This document shows, piece after piece, positions 9,664 to 19,226 of a stretch of 64,000 nt of DNA (the stretch's first letter is position 1; each line of letters starts with the position of its first letter). The stretch lies in IMG/VR virus record IMGVR_UViG_3300048919_000265; one strand, given 5' to 3'. Source of the stretch: a virus. The translations under genes and the position numbers were made by a program. A model generated the notes under the pieces. It was not told where the DNA came from and made no database searches. It saw only the letters and a program-made list of their open reading frames with translations.

Positions 9664-10190
9664 GACATCGCCTCCACTACATTATTGACTAAATCAACCT
9701 TATATTTAATTCCATTAACAATCACCCACGTGTACATGTGATCGATCCCCAGATCTAAACCTAACCCAGTCTTCAGCTTGTTCTTTTTAAAAGTGTCATA
9801 TAAATAAAGAGAAACAGCTTGGCAATTACCACCCGCACTAAATAACAGATTAGGGTCGGATTGTGCTGCCTTATAACTGAATTTAGAGGAATCAATTATC
9901 TTCTCAAACTTATCTCTTTCATCTTTAATTGAGAAGATTGGCGCATTTTTAACTGGTTCATAATACTTCAATTTAACAAGATTCCAATCTCCACCAAGTT
10001 CCACCCATTGATATGATAAAACTTTACCAAAGTCTTCACCTTTACGATCCGCTAATTCTTTTTCAACATTTCCATGAACCAAGATTAGGCTTTTTGCTAT
10101 GGTGAAGAGAAGTAACATAACTAAGATGCTTAGAAACAAAAAACTCGCGATCCTTTTGTATAAGCTCGACGGCTTTCTTACAATATTCAA
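9660..10190 (-). CDS. Membrane-anchored transglutaminase-like (Cys-His-Asp) protein
   Basis: N-terminal TM helix; GNCQAVS...DHMYTWV...YKVD triad pattern; RBS AGGAGG 9 nt before TTG. Confidence 0.65.
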   Translation of the reverse strand: MNIVRKPSSLYKRIASFLFLSILVMLLLFTIAKSLILVHGNVEKELADRKGEDFGKVLSYQWVELGGDWNLVKLKYYEPVKNAPIFSIKDERDKFEKIIDSSKFSYKAAQSDPNLLFSAGGNCQAVSLYLYDTFKKNKLKTGLGLDLGIDHMYTWVIVNGIKYKVDLVNNVVEAMS

Positions 10191-10833
10191 TCATCCAAAC
10201 CTCCTCGCCTCTGCATTTTGAGCTAAGGAAGTTAGACATATCACTAATCTCTAAAAATGGTAACTCTTTCTTCCACTCATTAGACCTAATATCTTCCAAT
10301 AGTCCAGGAGAAAAACTAAACGCTGCCATCTGGTAGCTAGTGCATTCTTCATACTCCTGTTTGCGGAAACTATCAAAATTCTTTTTAAAAACGTTCAGGT
10401 GATTCACATGCTGATTATAGACATCAAATTTCTTTTTGCCAGCCCTAACAATTGTTCCTCTATCTGTTATCCTTTTATCGCCAATGTACCCCTTACACTC
10501 AAATAAATATATTACTTGAGGTGTAAAAAGGATAAAATCTACTTCGGTTAAAAATTCAGTATCAGCTGTGTCTAAATCCTTCAACACTAACCCTTTCGCA
10601 TAAAACCATTTTTCAGTCAACTTTTGATTAAGATTCATAAACTCCAAGATAGCGATTTCCAATACTGTTTCGCAAACCTCACCCGCAACCGTATTCCTAG
10701 TCTTAACCCGAGGATCAGCCTTCTTTAATTCCTCAGATCCAATTATTTTACTAGCAAGTGAAACCGAAAAATTATACCCCCGGTCTCTATACACTTCCAA
10801 CAATGTTTCACGCGTCTTGTCCTTGAATAACAT
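10063..10833 (-). CDS. NERD-domain PD-(D/E)xK nuclease-like protein
   Basis: GEVCE...TEVDFILFTPQVIYLFECKGY...NQHVNHL, typical NERD motifs. Confidence 0.75.
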   Translation of the reverse strand: MLFKDKTRETLLEVYRDRGYNFSVSLASKIIGSEELKKADPRVKTRNTVAGEVCETVLEIAILEFMNLNQKLTEKWFYAKGLVLKDLDTADTEFLTEVDFILFTPQVIYLFECKGYIGDKRITDRGTIVRAGKKKFDVYNQHVNHLNVFKKNFDSFRKQEYEECTSYQMAAFSFSPGLLEDIRSNEWKKELPFLEISDMSNFLSSKCRGEEVWMIEYCKKAVELIQKDREFFVSKHLSYVTSLHHSKKPNLGSWKC

Positions 10834-12595
10834 CTAATACCCCCACAGATCTTATAAAGACCGAATTGCTGTCAACATCTAATTTGAGTGAATCAAATCC
10901 ATCCATTTGAATATTTTCTCTAGTAGCGTATTTAATTGCTGCATAAGATGCTAAAACTTTCGCTAGACTCCTATGTTTATTACTTGTATTAATAAATTTG
11001 AAGAACATAACTTCATCATAAAACTCTTCTCTAATCATGTCATTATAAATCACAACACCACGATAGCCTGCTTCCGCATATTGGTGCTGTACTTGTAATA
11101 CCTTCTGCTTTAGCACATTGACTATGTCTTCCTTGATAGTGCTATCTGCCAGAAAGTATGCAACCTCATTAGCCTTATCACTATAAATACTCAATACAGT
11201 CTTTTCACCAACAACTTCCGTTCCGGCATATAAGGTATATGTTTCTGGAACTGGCCAATACTCTTCCCCTGCTTCATCCGGAACACAGATACTTATCTTA
11301 TCTGCATTTGCAGTATAGCTAGCTTCTGCTAACTGTTGTAAATCAGTATCAACTTCTTTATAATAAGTACCGTACTCAAAAGATAGGGCAAGAGGTGTCC
11401 AATCATCAACAATAATCGAAGATGCTTGATTAAAAACCCAAGCGTCCTTAAGAACTTCTTTCTTCATCTTAAACACCGGCTCATCATGACGGACAATATA
11501 AAGGCTAACATCCTCTTTCGTGTATCCTAGATCGTAAAACATATCTAAGATGGCATTACAAGTTAAGATAACTATCTGACTTGTACCTGTTTGTACAGGC
11601 GTATTCAAACATTTATTTATAGCGTCTTTCTTTGTATACATAGTAACAGGCTGTTCATACCCAAAATACCCTGTAACAGGGATCATCAGCCCTAGATCAA
11701 AACAATCAGATATTCTACGATAATACTCCGAATATCTCGGACAGGTATCTAAATACTTAGCAAATCTTCCTATAAACTCTTGGTCTCGCGGTGTCTGTCC
11801 GTGTCTTTGTCCATACAAAGTTTGGAGCACGTTAACCTTATACAAATCTCTCTCTGCCATAAACTTGTCGTGATTATGCGGCACATTTTCCCACTCATCA
11901 AGGATTGCTGAAATACCCTCGTACTTATCATCATACTTATCCATGATAGGTCCATTCCAACTATCACGTAATAGTAGATTATACGCAATCCGTAAGTCAG
12001 ACTGTTCAAAATCTCCCCAAGCTAACACATATCCATCTTCGGCAGCATAACAGCTAGTGTACTCTCGGGGAATACTAACCAAGTCAGAATCATGATAATT
12101 AAATCTTAAGTTCTGCTGTTGCTCTGCTATAAAGTGTAACTTATACAAAGTTGAACCGGTAGAACTAACTTTATCTGATTCAGAAAATAACCGTGGCAAT
12201 TTTTCCATCCTTGCGCATCTTGATTTTAATGATGAGTAAGTCATATAATAACCCAAAAACTCCTGAGCATAACCATTCTCGTACAAAGGACCTAGCACTT
12301 TTTTCATATCCAGACTTGCGCGCTCCACACCTTTTTTACTGAACCGCTCGTATGGACATCCTTCTACATTCACCAAGTAAGGAAAGACTGACTCGGAGTT
12401 AAGACTATTATATTCATAACTAGAATTAGCAGCCATAGTTCTCTTTGCTAAAGTTAAATTAGTATCTCTTCTCGCCTCTTCGTGCTTTAGTGTCAGCATC
12501 AACTTATTCTTATCCACATAAACGAATTGCTCATGATTAATTCGTTCTAAATACAGATCTAAATCTATCATACTACTCCTAGTAAGCTTAAGCAT
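10808..12595 (-). CDS. Family A DNA polymerase-like protein lacking a 3'-5' exonuclease domain (595 aa)
   Basis: Motif A WGDFEQSDLRIA, motif B RDLYKVNVLQTLYG, motif C IVRHDEPVF, LNTPVQTG. No exo motifs N-terminally. Confidence 0.85.
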   Translation of the reverse strand: MLKLTRSSMIDLDLYLERINHEQFVYVDKNKLMLTLKHEEARRDTNLTLAKRTMAANSSYEYNSLNSESVFPYLVNVEGCPYERFSKKGVERASLDMKKVLGPLYENGYAQEFLGYYMTYSSLKSRCARMEKLPRLFSESDKVSSTGSTLYKLHFIAEQQQNLRFNYHDSDLVSIPREYTSCYAAEDGYVLAWGDFEQSDLRIAYNLLLRDSWNGPIMDKYDDKYEGISAILDEWENVPHNHDKFMAERDLYKVNVLQTLYGQRHGQTPRDQEFIGRFAKYLDTCPRYSEYYRRISDCFDLGLMIPVTGYFGYEQPVTMYTKKDAINKCLNTPVQTGTSQIVILTCNAILDMFYDLGYTKEDVSLYIVRHDEPVFKMKKEVLKDAWVFNQASSIIVDDWTPLALSFEYGTYYKEVDTDLQQLAEASYTANADKISICVPDEAGEEYWPVPETYTLYAGTEVVGEKTVLSIYSDKANEVAYFLADSTIKEDIVNVLKQKVLQVQHQYAEAGYRGVVIYNDMIREEFYDEVMFFKFINTSNKHRSLAKVLASYAAIKYATRENIQMDGFDSLKLDVDSNSVFIRSVGVLDVIQGQDA

Positions 12596-12604
12596 AGCTT
12601 CCTC

Positions 12605-13210
12605 CTAAACGGCTCTATCAGGTTTTAGTTGTACAAACTCCTTACGAAGTACACCTGCTAGTGCACGTTTTTCATCTATGAATCTTCTGTAATCTAAAAA
12701 AGCTGGTAGTTTATCCACTGTTAATATCCGATAATCTCTGTCTGTCTGAGCAAGTTTATACAGATCGGTTCCATGCACTACCAATTGTTTTTCGTTCTCA
12801 ACAACATACAGGACCTTGCCTTCCAAATACCAGGCATCTACATACTTACCATTCAGCTTCATCGTAAAGAATGCCCGTTCTCTAACAATTCTAAACAATT
12901 CTACAAATAATTGTGCGTCGAAATGTAAATTAGAATGTTGCTCTCTATAAATACTACCGTCAGAAGCAAAAGAAACTTGACTCCATTTAGTCATATTAAG
13001 ATATGGAGGTAAATTCAAACATTCTATATCCGTAATAGAATGAATTCCTTCCAGTTCCCCAACCGAAATTTTGACATCTATGCGATCGACATGAATATCA
13101 AATTTATAAATCCGATTACTCTTTGGATCTATTCCCTGCAGGCTTATGATGGACTTATTAACATTAAGAGACGCTAATTTTATAACCGATTTAAGAGTAT
13201 GCGCAAACAT
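12605..13210 (-). CDS. Hypothetical protein (201 aa)
   Basis: ORF in operon, RBS GGGGTGA. Confidence 0.75.
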   Translation of the reverse strand: MFAHTLKSVIKLASLNVNKSIISLQGIDPKSNRIYKFDIHVDRIDVKISVGELEGIHSITDIECLNLPPYLNMTKWSQVSFASDGSIYREQHSNLHFDAQLFVELFRIVRERAFFTMKLNGKYVDAWYLEGKVLYVVENEKQLVVHGTDLYKLAQTDRDYRILTVDKLPAFLDYRRFIDEKRALAGVLRKEFVQLKPDRAV

Positions 13211-13584
13211 TAAATCACCCCTTTAAACTTTTCCTTCACATTCAATCCCTGTTCATATATAAGGATGATATGCTCCGTAAAGCTGTTTTTAGAAACCGGG
13301 TTAAATAGTCTTGATTTAGCCACCGTGAAAACAAAATCTCCATTAATTTTCTTCCGAGGATACACGCACACACTTCCATTATACGTCACAACCCAACTAT
13401 CAATAACTTCATATCCATCATGATCTGACATACCAGTCTCAAGTGAATGTTTAAAAGCAGACAAACTTCTAGTATACTTTATCTTATAATTAACGGAACC
13501 ATCCAAAACATGCAATATTTCTTCCAACCGTTTATGATTAGGCTTGCTGATCTTTCCAGCAAGCAATGAAAATAAGCTAGCCAT
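13210..13584 (-). CDS. Hypothetical protein (124 aa)
   Basis: ORF with RBS AGGAGGAG. Confidence 0.75.
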   Translation of the reverse strand: MASLFSLLAGKISKPNHKRLEEILHVLDGSVNYKIKYTRSLSAFKHSLETGMSDHDGYEVIDSWVVTYNGSVCVYPRKKINGDFVFTVAKSRLFNPVSKNSFTEHIILIYEQGLNVKEKFKGVI

Positions 13585-13602
13585 ACGTACTCCTCCTAAT
13601 TA

Positions 13603-15732
13603 TCACTCATCCATAAAAATCATCTTTTTAAACTTTAATGGTTCTTTAGATCCTTCCGCATACCGATCAAACAAAACTCCCAATTTACTACTTACAGTTT
13701 CTGGGAATTCTTCAGCACCCACCTTACGGGCTTGTGTATCTGTTACACCTTCCATAAGATAATACCGTATTCCACTAGCCAAGCCATTTAAATCTGTTAT
13801 AGTGGTAGTAGTCAATATGAATCGTATATTAGCCGCGGAACAGTCTTGCAATACCTTCTTAAAATTTTCTATTTTATTATTCTTAGAATCACGTCCCCAT
13901 CCAAGAACCTTGTCTAATCCAACAATCCAATTAAACACGGGCTTCAAATGGTTATATGTCATCATTTGATCTTTACAACCATTAGCTTCTGCTAATTTTA
14001 TATAATTAATAATTAACTTTTTGCGAGCCTCCAATAAATCTTCACCACTAAGGCCCCCTAACTTTAAACCTTGCACATAAGAATTCTCAGTACTCAGAGT
14101 TAAAACATGATAGCAACGATACCTATTTAACATAGTATCATAAGAAGATCCCTTATCAAAACACATATAGAAAATTGTGTCAGTATTATCATCAGTATGA
14201 CGTTGTTGAGAGAACACCTGTTCCTCGGCTTCCAGCGCTATTTTTCTATAATAGACTGCACCGAGATATGCAGTTATTGCAGGACTATCTGCATCCCTAC
14301 CATCTAGGATTTTAGGATTTAACTCTTCAAGACCTATTTTAGTGGTCACCTTTTTATCCGCAGAAATGACATTCACGAACACTGATGATCCCATAGCCTT
14401 AAGGTTCTCTTTAATCATTTTGGAGTACCTGACGACATTAAGAGAATTATCGCACCACACCATCATATTCTCTATCTCATCACCTGTAAATTCAAGTCTG
14501 ACATAGTTATCGTCATCTTTATCCCGCATAACAAACGATGGTTCCCCTAAATAAATCTTTTTGTTGCTTCCACCCTTAGAAGAAATAAGTTCTCTGAACT
14601 CTTCTTCATTCAACAAGGACTCTTCATTATAAAATGAGAATTTATGTCTAAACCCAACTTCTGTACCAATGCGATCCAGCTCCAATAGCATTTCTTTGAA
14701 TTCTTGATCCCCTTGGTATGGAACCCTATAATGCACATTATCTTTTTTATCTGCGTTACCTGGTTTAGTGTTTATAATTAATCGACCTTTGGCACCGAGA
14801 TTCATGTTAGCTTCGGTGTTACCAAGCAGTTTATTAGAAACATCAGGCATACATCCAAGTGCCATGCGAACGTTGATATTGTTCAACGTAGCAGTTGGTA
14901 TTTCCCCTGGTTCCTGTGAAGCCAACAACAAGTGATAACCTGTACTACGACCAAGACGGGCAAAATCATCCAAAAGGTCTTGAATTATTTTTGCTTTCTT
15001 AGCTGCATTTTTAAAGAGAGTTTGGAATTCGTCTACAACAATAAGATTACGCGGATAGTTTAAACCCGTGTACTCACGGAACTTTATTAAGTTATCTGTG
15101 CCACCATGCTCCGAAAACATAGCATTTACTTGTATCATCTCATCGCGCAATTCTGTGAGCACACTAATTATATATTCCGCATCAGTAGTTGCCGCTATAG
15201 ACGAAGTATGGGGAAGTATTCCTCCTGAAACCGCATACTTCTTAAAACCCGCTATCTTGGCATCTGCTAATGTGATCTTTAGCTCCCAAGGTGCGTACTT
15301 TAGTGCTAGTGCCTGTATAATACTATCAAGTAAAACAGATTTACCACCACCTGTCATGCCACCGGCAATGGCATGGATGTCCTTATCATTGAGTTCAGCA
15401 CTAGATGGATACCGGCTATCCCCATTTTTATAACCCAGTCCAAGAAGATTTATCCCCTTATGGGAATTACCCTCCCAAATTGGGAAATTATTTTTATACA
15501 GAATAGGGCCGTCAAAACGTAATATCCTCTCTGGCTCTGCATCTCCTTTTTTAAGTCTGCTAAGTGGTTTAGGAATCCTGACTTCTCTAGGATATTGACT
15601 TTCCTGAGAGTGTTTCAGAAAATACTTCGCTACAAACTCATCAAACATTAAGGGGGAAGAACCCCCACGTATAAAGTCTTCCTCTACCAACTTTGTTTGT
15701 TCTAAGATGCTAGTTTCATCAATGGAGTACAT
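13603..15732 (-). CDS. Soluble FtsK/SpoIIIE-family ATPase (EssC/EccC-like), one intact and one degenerate domain
   Basis: HAIAGGMTGGGKS (Walker A), LIVVDEFQTLF (Walker B), ARLGRSTGYHLLLASQ, NINVRMALG. No TM segment. Confidence 0.9.
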   Translation of the reverse strand: MYSIDETSILEQTKLVEEDFIRGGSSPLMFDEFVAKYFLKHSQESQYPREVRIPKPLSRLKKGDAEPERILRFDGPILYKNNFPIWEGNSHKGINLLGLGYKNGDSRYPSSAELNDKDIHAIAGGMTGGGKSVLLDSIIQALALKYAPWELKITLADAKIAGFKKYAVSGGILPHTSSIAATTDAEYIISVLTELRDEMIQVNAMFSEHGGTDNLIKFREYTGLNYPRNLIVVDEFQTLFKNAAKKAKIIQDLLDDFARLGRSTGYHLLLASQEPGEIPTATLNNINVRMALGCMPDVSNKLLGNTEANMNLGAKGRLIINTKPGNADKKDNVHYRVPYQGDQEFKEMLLELDRIGTEVGFRHKFSFYNEESLLNEEEFRELISSKGGSNKKIYLGEPSFVMRDKDDDNYVRLEFTGDEIENMMVWCDNSLNVVRYSKMIKENLKAMGSSVFVNVISADKKVTTKIGLEELNPKILDGRDADSPAITAYLGAVYYRKIALEAEEQVFSQQRHTDDNTDTIFYMCFDKGSSYDTMLNRYRCYHVLTLSTENSYVQGLKLGGLSGEDLLEARKKLIINYIKLAEANGCKDQMMTYNHLKPVFNWIVGLDKVLGWGRDSKNNKIENFKKVLQDCSAANIRFILTTTTITDLNGLASGIRYYLMEGVTDTQARKVGAEEFPETVSSKLGVLFDRYAEGSKEPLKFKKMIFMDE

Positions 15733-15734
15733 CT

Positions 15735-18365
15735 TTACTTTCCTCCTGCTCTTCGCTGCTTCTCCTCATTCCATATTTGGGCGAACATAGTTTTCAAATC
15801 CTTAGCTGCTTGCACACTGCTAAACCGAACTTGTGACTCTGCTTCCTTAAATTCCAGGACCTTAACAACCCAATCCAGAATGAGCGGTTCCAGGGATGAT
15901 AACGTATTTTGTGAAGGTCGAATGTTCTCCGGGACATCACTTGATCCACCAATAATATACTTTTTAACCCCATTAATTTCTCTACTTGCGAAACAGCCGA
16001 TAACCTTCCCATTGTGCGTAAAGGCTACCTTGTTATCCGTTTCTTGGAAATGTACTATAGAAGGGTGTGTTGTATCTTCAATCAGCTCAATTGGTTTATC
16101 TGACGCGGGTACCACTGATTCCTTCTCAACAGTATTAGTTACAATAGGCGCTTTGCTTTCTTCTATCTTTGTCTCAGTTGCACCAGCGAAAGAATTCATA
16201 CCAGCCAATCTAGACGCTATTCCCTCAGCAATGGCAGCACTCTTAGTTTCTTGCTCTACTGAGACATTACTCCACAATTGACCTTCGTTAACGTAACCAT
16301 TACTTAACATTGTTTCTAAGTAAATATTGGCGGACTCTGTCAATTGTACATCCTCCGACATAAATTCGATTTCTCGTTCATCGAATTTGGCAGAAGCCTT
16401 CAAAACGATAGGTGCAAGCAAAGTAGCAATATTAGTTCTGACGTAAAGTTCTTTGGGTACATTCGCAACCTCAGTCATCTTATACTGCAACTCTTCTTTA
16501 TTACGGAAGGCTAGCATTTCTCCCCATTTAGATAATTTAGTATCTGAATACAGATACTCAAACAATATACTTAGGGTGGACAAATTGCTAACACTATATT
16601 CTAATTTTAAACCTTTAACTGTATCAGACTCATAAAAAACAGCTTCCTTAGCGGTGGAAGCTTCTGCTGACTCATTTGCAAGTCGGAGAGCTATTTTGCT
16701 GTTAAGCACATCACTACCTGCATTAACAACTAATTTACCGTTGTTATACTCAATACCTTTAATCCAATCAGAGTTGTTTTCTTTCAGACGACTGATAACA
16801 TCAAGGAAACTCAAATAAACAACCTGTCTTGTTCCACCTTCAAAATATTTCTCACACGCGAGACCAATAGGAATGTTTATTTTTGCATTACTGATATTTA
16901 ACTTCTTTCTATACTCGAGGTCTCGGAATTTATCATCATACGTGATAACTCCCTTAATTCCCATCTCATATAAACCATCGATCAATACAGGCTTCATATT
17001 ACTAATATTGCCTGTATTGCTTCTTATGATGAATTTGTTCATATCTAAGTAGTTATTGAAGTCACCTAATTTAAGCACAGTTGGTTTCATTTCGCCCCAA
17101 CGGGATAATTTGATTATTGCTTCGACATGAGCAGCGAAACCCATGCCACCTTGCTCGGCAGCCAACATGATAAACTTATTAAGCAACAACGGTCCGTCTA
17201 CTATACCCGTACTTTGATTTGGGAAATACTCTGCGCTTCCATATTCTCCATCGGAAGATGCAGCTCTTTCATCATCCTCATCCTCATCCGCGTAAGACAA
17301 TGGGAAATTTCCACAATGCATCCAATTTAATGTGGAAACTCGGTTAACAAATTCAGACAATAATTCTACCATTCTAGGTGAAGCAACGCATCTAGAAAAT
17401 AGATCTTCTGGATTATGATCAGGGAAAGTCTGCTTAATATCAAACATAATCAATTCAGTCAGTGCATGCATAAAATCTTGCTCATTTGGTTGCACTTCTA
17501 AATCATTATTATCTACAGACCCCTCAACTAATCTGAAATCTATTCTCGGGATATCCTCTAATTCTTCCTTGGTAGGGTTTATCCCTAAAAGGGACGCAGC
17601 AGAAACTAACTGCTCTCTCATTTGACTTCTGTTATATCGGAAGATGTCCTTATAATAAGGAGTAAAATAAATAAAGTGTGGATAGGGTTTAGCTAAGTCT
17701 TTTCCAGTTGGGACGAGTTGCGCTATCGAAACATCCATACTTCGCAATCTATCATAAGAAGGCAGTTCCATAAAAAATGTATCATAGGGACTACGCATAA
17801 ATTGCGTCCTATTTATGTCTGAGCGAATATACTTAAACTGTGGCCCCATCTTACTGTTCCAGTCACGTACCGCAGGAATAGTAACTGCTGGATTTATGTA
17901 CGTCATTTCTGGAGCCAGCACTTTAAACTTTTCTTCGCCCTTGATATAATTGTCAAGTAATAAATAAGTCTCTTGAAACTTGATAACTACATCTGCATCA
18001 ATGCCTGTATTAGTAGACGATTTAGTTAATTGTGCTGCAATTTGGGACGCGTATTCTTTAGTAAAAGTAGGTTTGTTTTTACAAAAATTATACAACGTGG
18101 TTATATCCAACGTACCATTAGGACTACCTGAATCTGGGACAACCGATAATGGCAGTCCTGCTCCTAGGCGAGGTTCCTTTGCAGGGTCCAAAGTCGTAAT
18201 GTTTACACGCTCGCCATAAGTTTGTAAAGTAGTTAAAACTTGCTCCTTACCCAGCATCTCCCTAAAGTCTACCAAACGAACTTCTCCATCAATATTAACT
18301 TTACTCAGAAAAACTACATTCACTGAGCTTCCTTTATACAAAGGCAAAGGAACATAATAAAGCAC
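15735..18365 (-). CDS. Hypothetical protein (876 aa) inside the T7SS-like module
   Basis: Long ORF with RBS GAGGAGG, 2 nt from the ATPase start; no recognised domain. Confidence 0.8.
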   Translation of the reverse strand: MLYYVPLPLYKGSSVNVVFLSKVNIDGEVRLVDFREMLGKEQVLTTLQTYGERVNITTLDPAKEPRLGAGLPLSVVPDSGSPNGTLDITTLYNFCKNKPTFTKEYASQIAAQLTKSSTNTGIDADVVIKFQETYLLLDNYIKGEEKFKVLAPEMTYINPAVTIPAVRDWNSKMGPQFKYIRSDINRTQFMRSPYDTFFMELPSYDRLRSMDVSIAQLVPTGKDLAKPYPHFIYFTPYYKDIFRYNRSQMREQLVSAASLLGINPTKEELEDIPRIDFRLVEGSVDNNDLEVQPNEQDFMHALTELIMFDIKQTFPDHNPEDLFSRCVASPRMVELLSEFVNRVSTLNWMHCGNFPLSYADEDEDDERAASSDGEYGSAEYFPNQSTGIVDGPLLLNKFIMLAAEQGGMGFAAHVEAIIKLSRWGEMKPTVLKLGDFNNYLDMNKFIIRSNTGNISNMKPVLIDGLYEMGIKGVITYDDKFRDLEYRKKLNISNAKINIPIGLACEKYFEGGTRQVVYLSFLDVISRLKENNSDWIKGIEYNNGKLVVNAGSDVLNSKIALRLANESAEASTAKEAVFYESDTVKGLKLEYSVSNLSTLSILFEYLYSDTKLSKWGEMLAFRNKEELQYKMTEVANVPKELYVRTNIATLLAPIVLKASAKFDEREIEFMSEDVQLTESANIYLETMLSNGYVNEGQLWSNVSVEQETKSAAIAEGIASRLAGMNSFAGATETKIEESKAPIVTNTVEKESVVPASDKPIELIEDTTHPSIVHFQETDNKVAFTHNGKVIGCFASREINGVKKYIIGGSSDVPENIRPSQNTLSSLEPLILDWVVKVLEFKEAESQVRFSSVQAAKDLKTMFAQIWNEEKQRRAGGK

Positions 18366-18415
18366 ATTAATAGCCTCCTCATAATCCGATTAAAATCGTA
18401 CCCTAAATAACAATA

Positions 18416-18443
18416 GGGAGAGGCGCAAAATCGCACCCCTCCC
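18416..18443 (-). terminator. Intrinsic terminator after the two small helical-hairpin genes
   Basis: Minus strand GGGAGGGGTGC-GATTTT-GCGCCTCTCCC (11 bp with 2 G:U) followed by TATTGTTATTT. Confidence 0.65.
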
Positions 18444-18534
18444 CGGTCTTCCTTCCTATTCCCACAAGACAGTGGATAAGAGCTGTTCATGCCGTTAGCC
18501 TCCTTAATCTTGGCTAAACCAACACTACTAAATC

Positions 18535-18879
18535 TTACTGAATAACATCGGAAGCATCAAGCTTTGAACCCGAGAAACTCAGATCTTGCTTACTAACTTC
18601 CCCAACAGTAGCACGTTTTGCCAGCCATTCGGAAACATCATAAGCATTAGTAATATCTGAAACTACTTCCTGCACACCCTCACGGATGCTGTTATAGTTA
18701 TTCTGGAAATTAACACAGGCTTCCAAAACTTGCTCCGTCAAAGGATTATCATCCCCTGTATTTTTCATAAGGGCTGCCAACTCTTCAACACTATTAAGTA
18801 CGTCTTCATTCATATTCTTCATAATAATTCCCAAGCTATTATCCAACTTAGCAGAATCTAATTTAACTACTCCAGCCAT
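18535..18879 (-). CDS. WXG100-like helical hairpin protein (114 aa)
   Basis: Amphipathic helix, G/D/N/P turn at about 41-46, second helix, then Y80-D-V-S-E84; next to FtsK-domain genes. No canonical WxG. Confidence 0.6.
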   Translation of the reverse strand: MAGVVKLDSAKLDNSLGIIMKNMNEDVLNSVEELAALMKNTGDDNPLTEQVLEACVNFQNNYNSIREGVQEVVSDITNAYDVSEWLAKRATVGEVSKQDLSFSGSKLDASDVIQ

Positions 18880-18903
18880 TCTTAATTCCTCCTTTCTTTT
18901 CTA

Positions 18904-19167
18904 TTAGTTACCTGAAAATCCTTCAAGAGCTTTATAATGCCCGCTCCATGCATCCAATGCTTCAACCAGTTGGTTAACACTCTTAACAAAACCAGGAGAC
19001 GCTTGCTCCAAGTTAGATGTAGAAGCAATCAACTTAGCAACGTTAGAATCACGTCCAACCTCAACCGTGTTTTCAACGCCACGTTGCCAGTACGTAGTAA
19101 TCTCAGCTACTTGCTCAGAAGTTGATTTAACTTTATTAATGATATCAAAATTAACTGTATTTCCCAT
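18904..19167 (-). CDS. WXG100-like helical hairpin protein (87 aa)
   Basis: Start reassigned to ATG 19167 (RBS GGAGGTG). Helix-turn(G38)-helix with Y78-K-A-L-E82. No canonical WxG. Confidence 0.6.
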   Translation of the reverse strand: MGNTVNFDIINKVKSTSEQVAEITTYWQRGVENTVEVGRDSNVAKLIASTSNLEQASPGFVKSVNQLVEALDAWSGHYKALEGFSGN

Positions 19168-19226
19168 GTCCTTCACCTCCATTTCATTCATCTTAGTATA
19201 ATGCAAGCAAGCTTAAAAAGAAGGTT

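Noticed and set aside
13603-15732. Ordinary chromosomal FtsK or phage packaging ATPase
   Set aside because: No N-terminal TM or gamma domain, a second degenerate domain, and hairpin-protein neighbours fit the EssC type better. A DNA-translocase role is not fully excluded.
18445-18534. Short inverted repeats (GTCTT/AAGAC, TTAGCC/GGCTAA) as a tRNA or ncRNA
   Set aside because: No cloverleaf, T-loop or CCA; the stems are too short to support a call.
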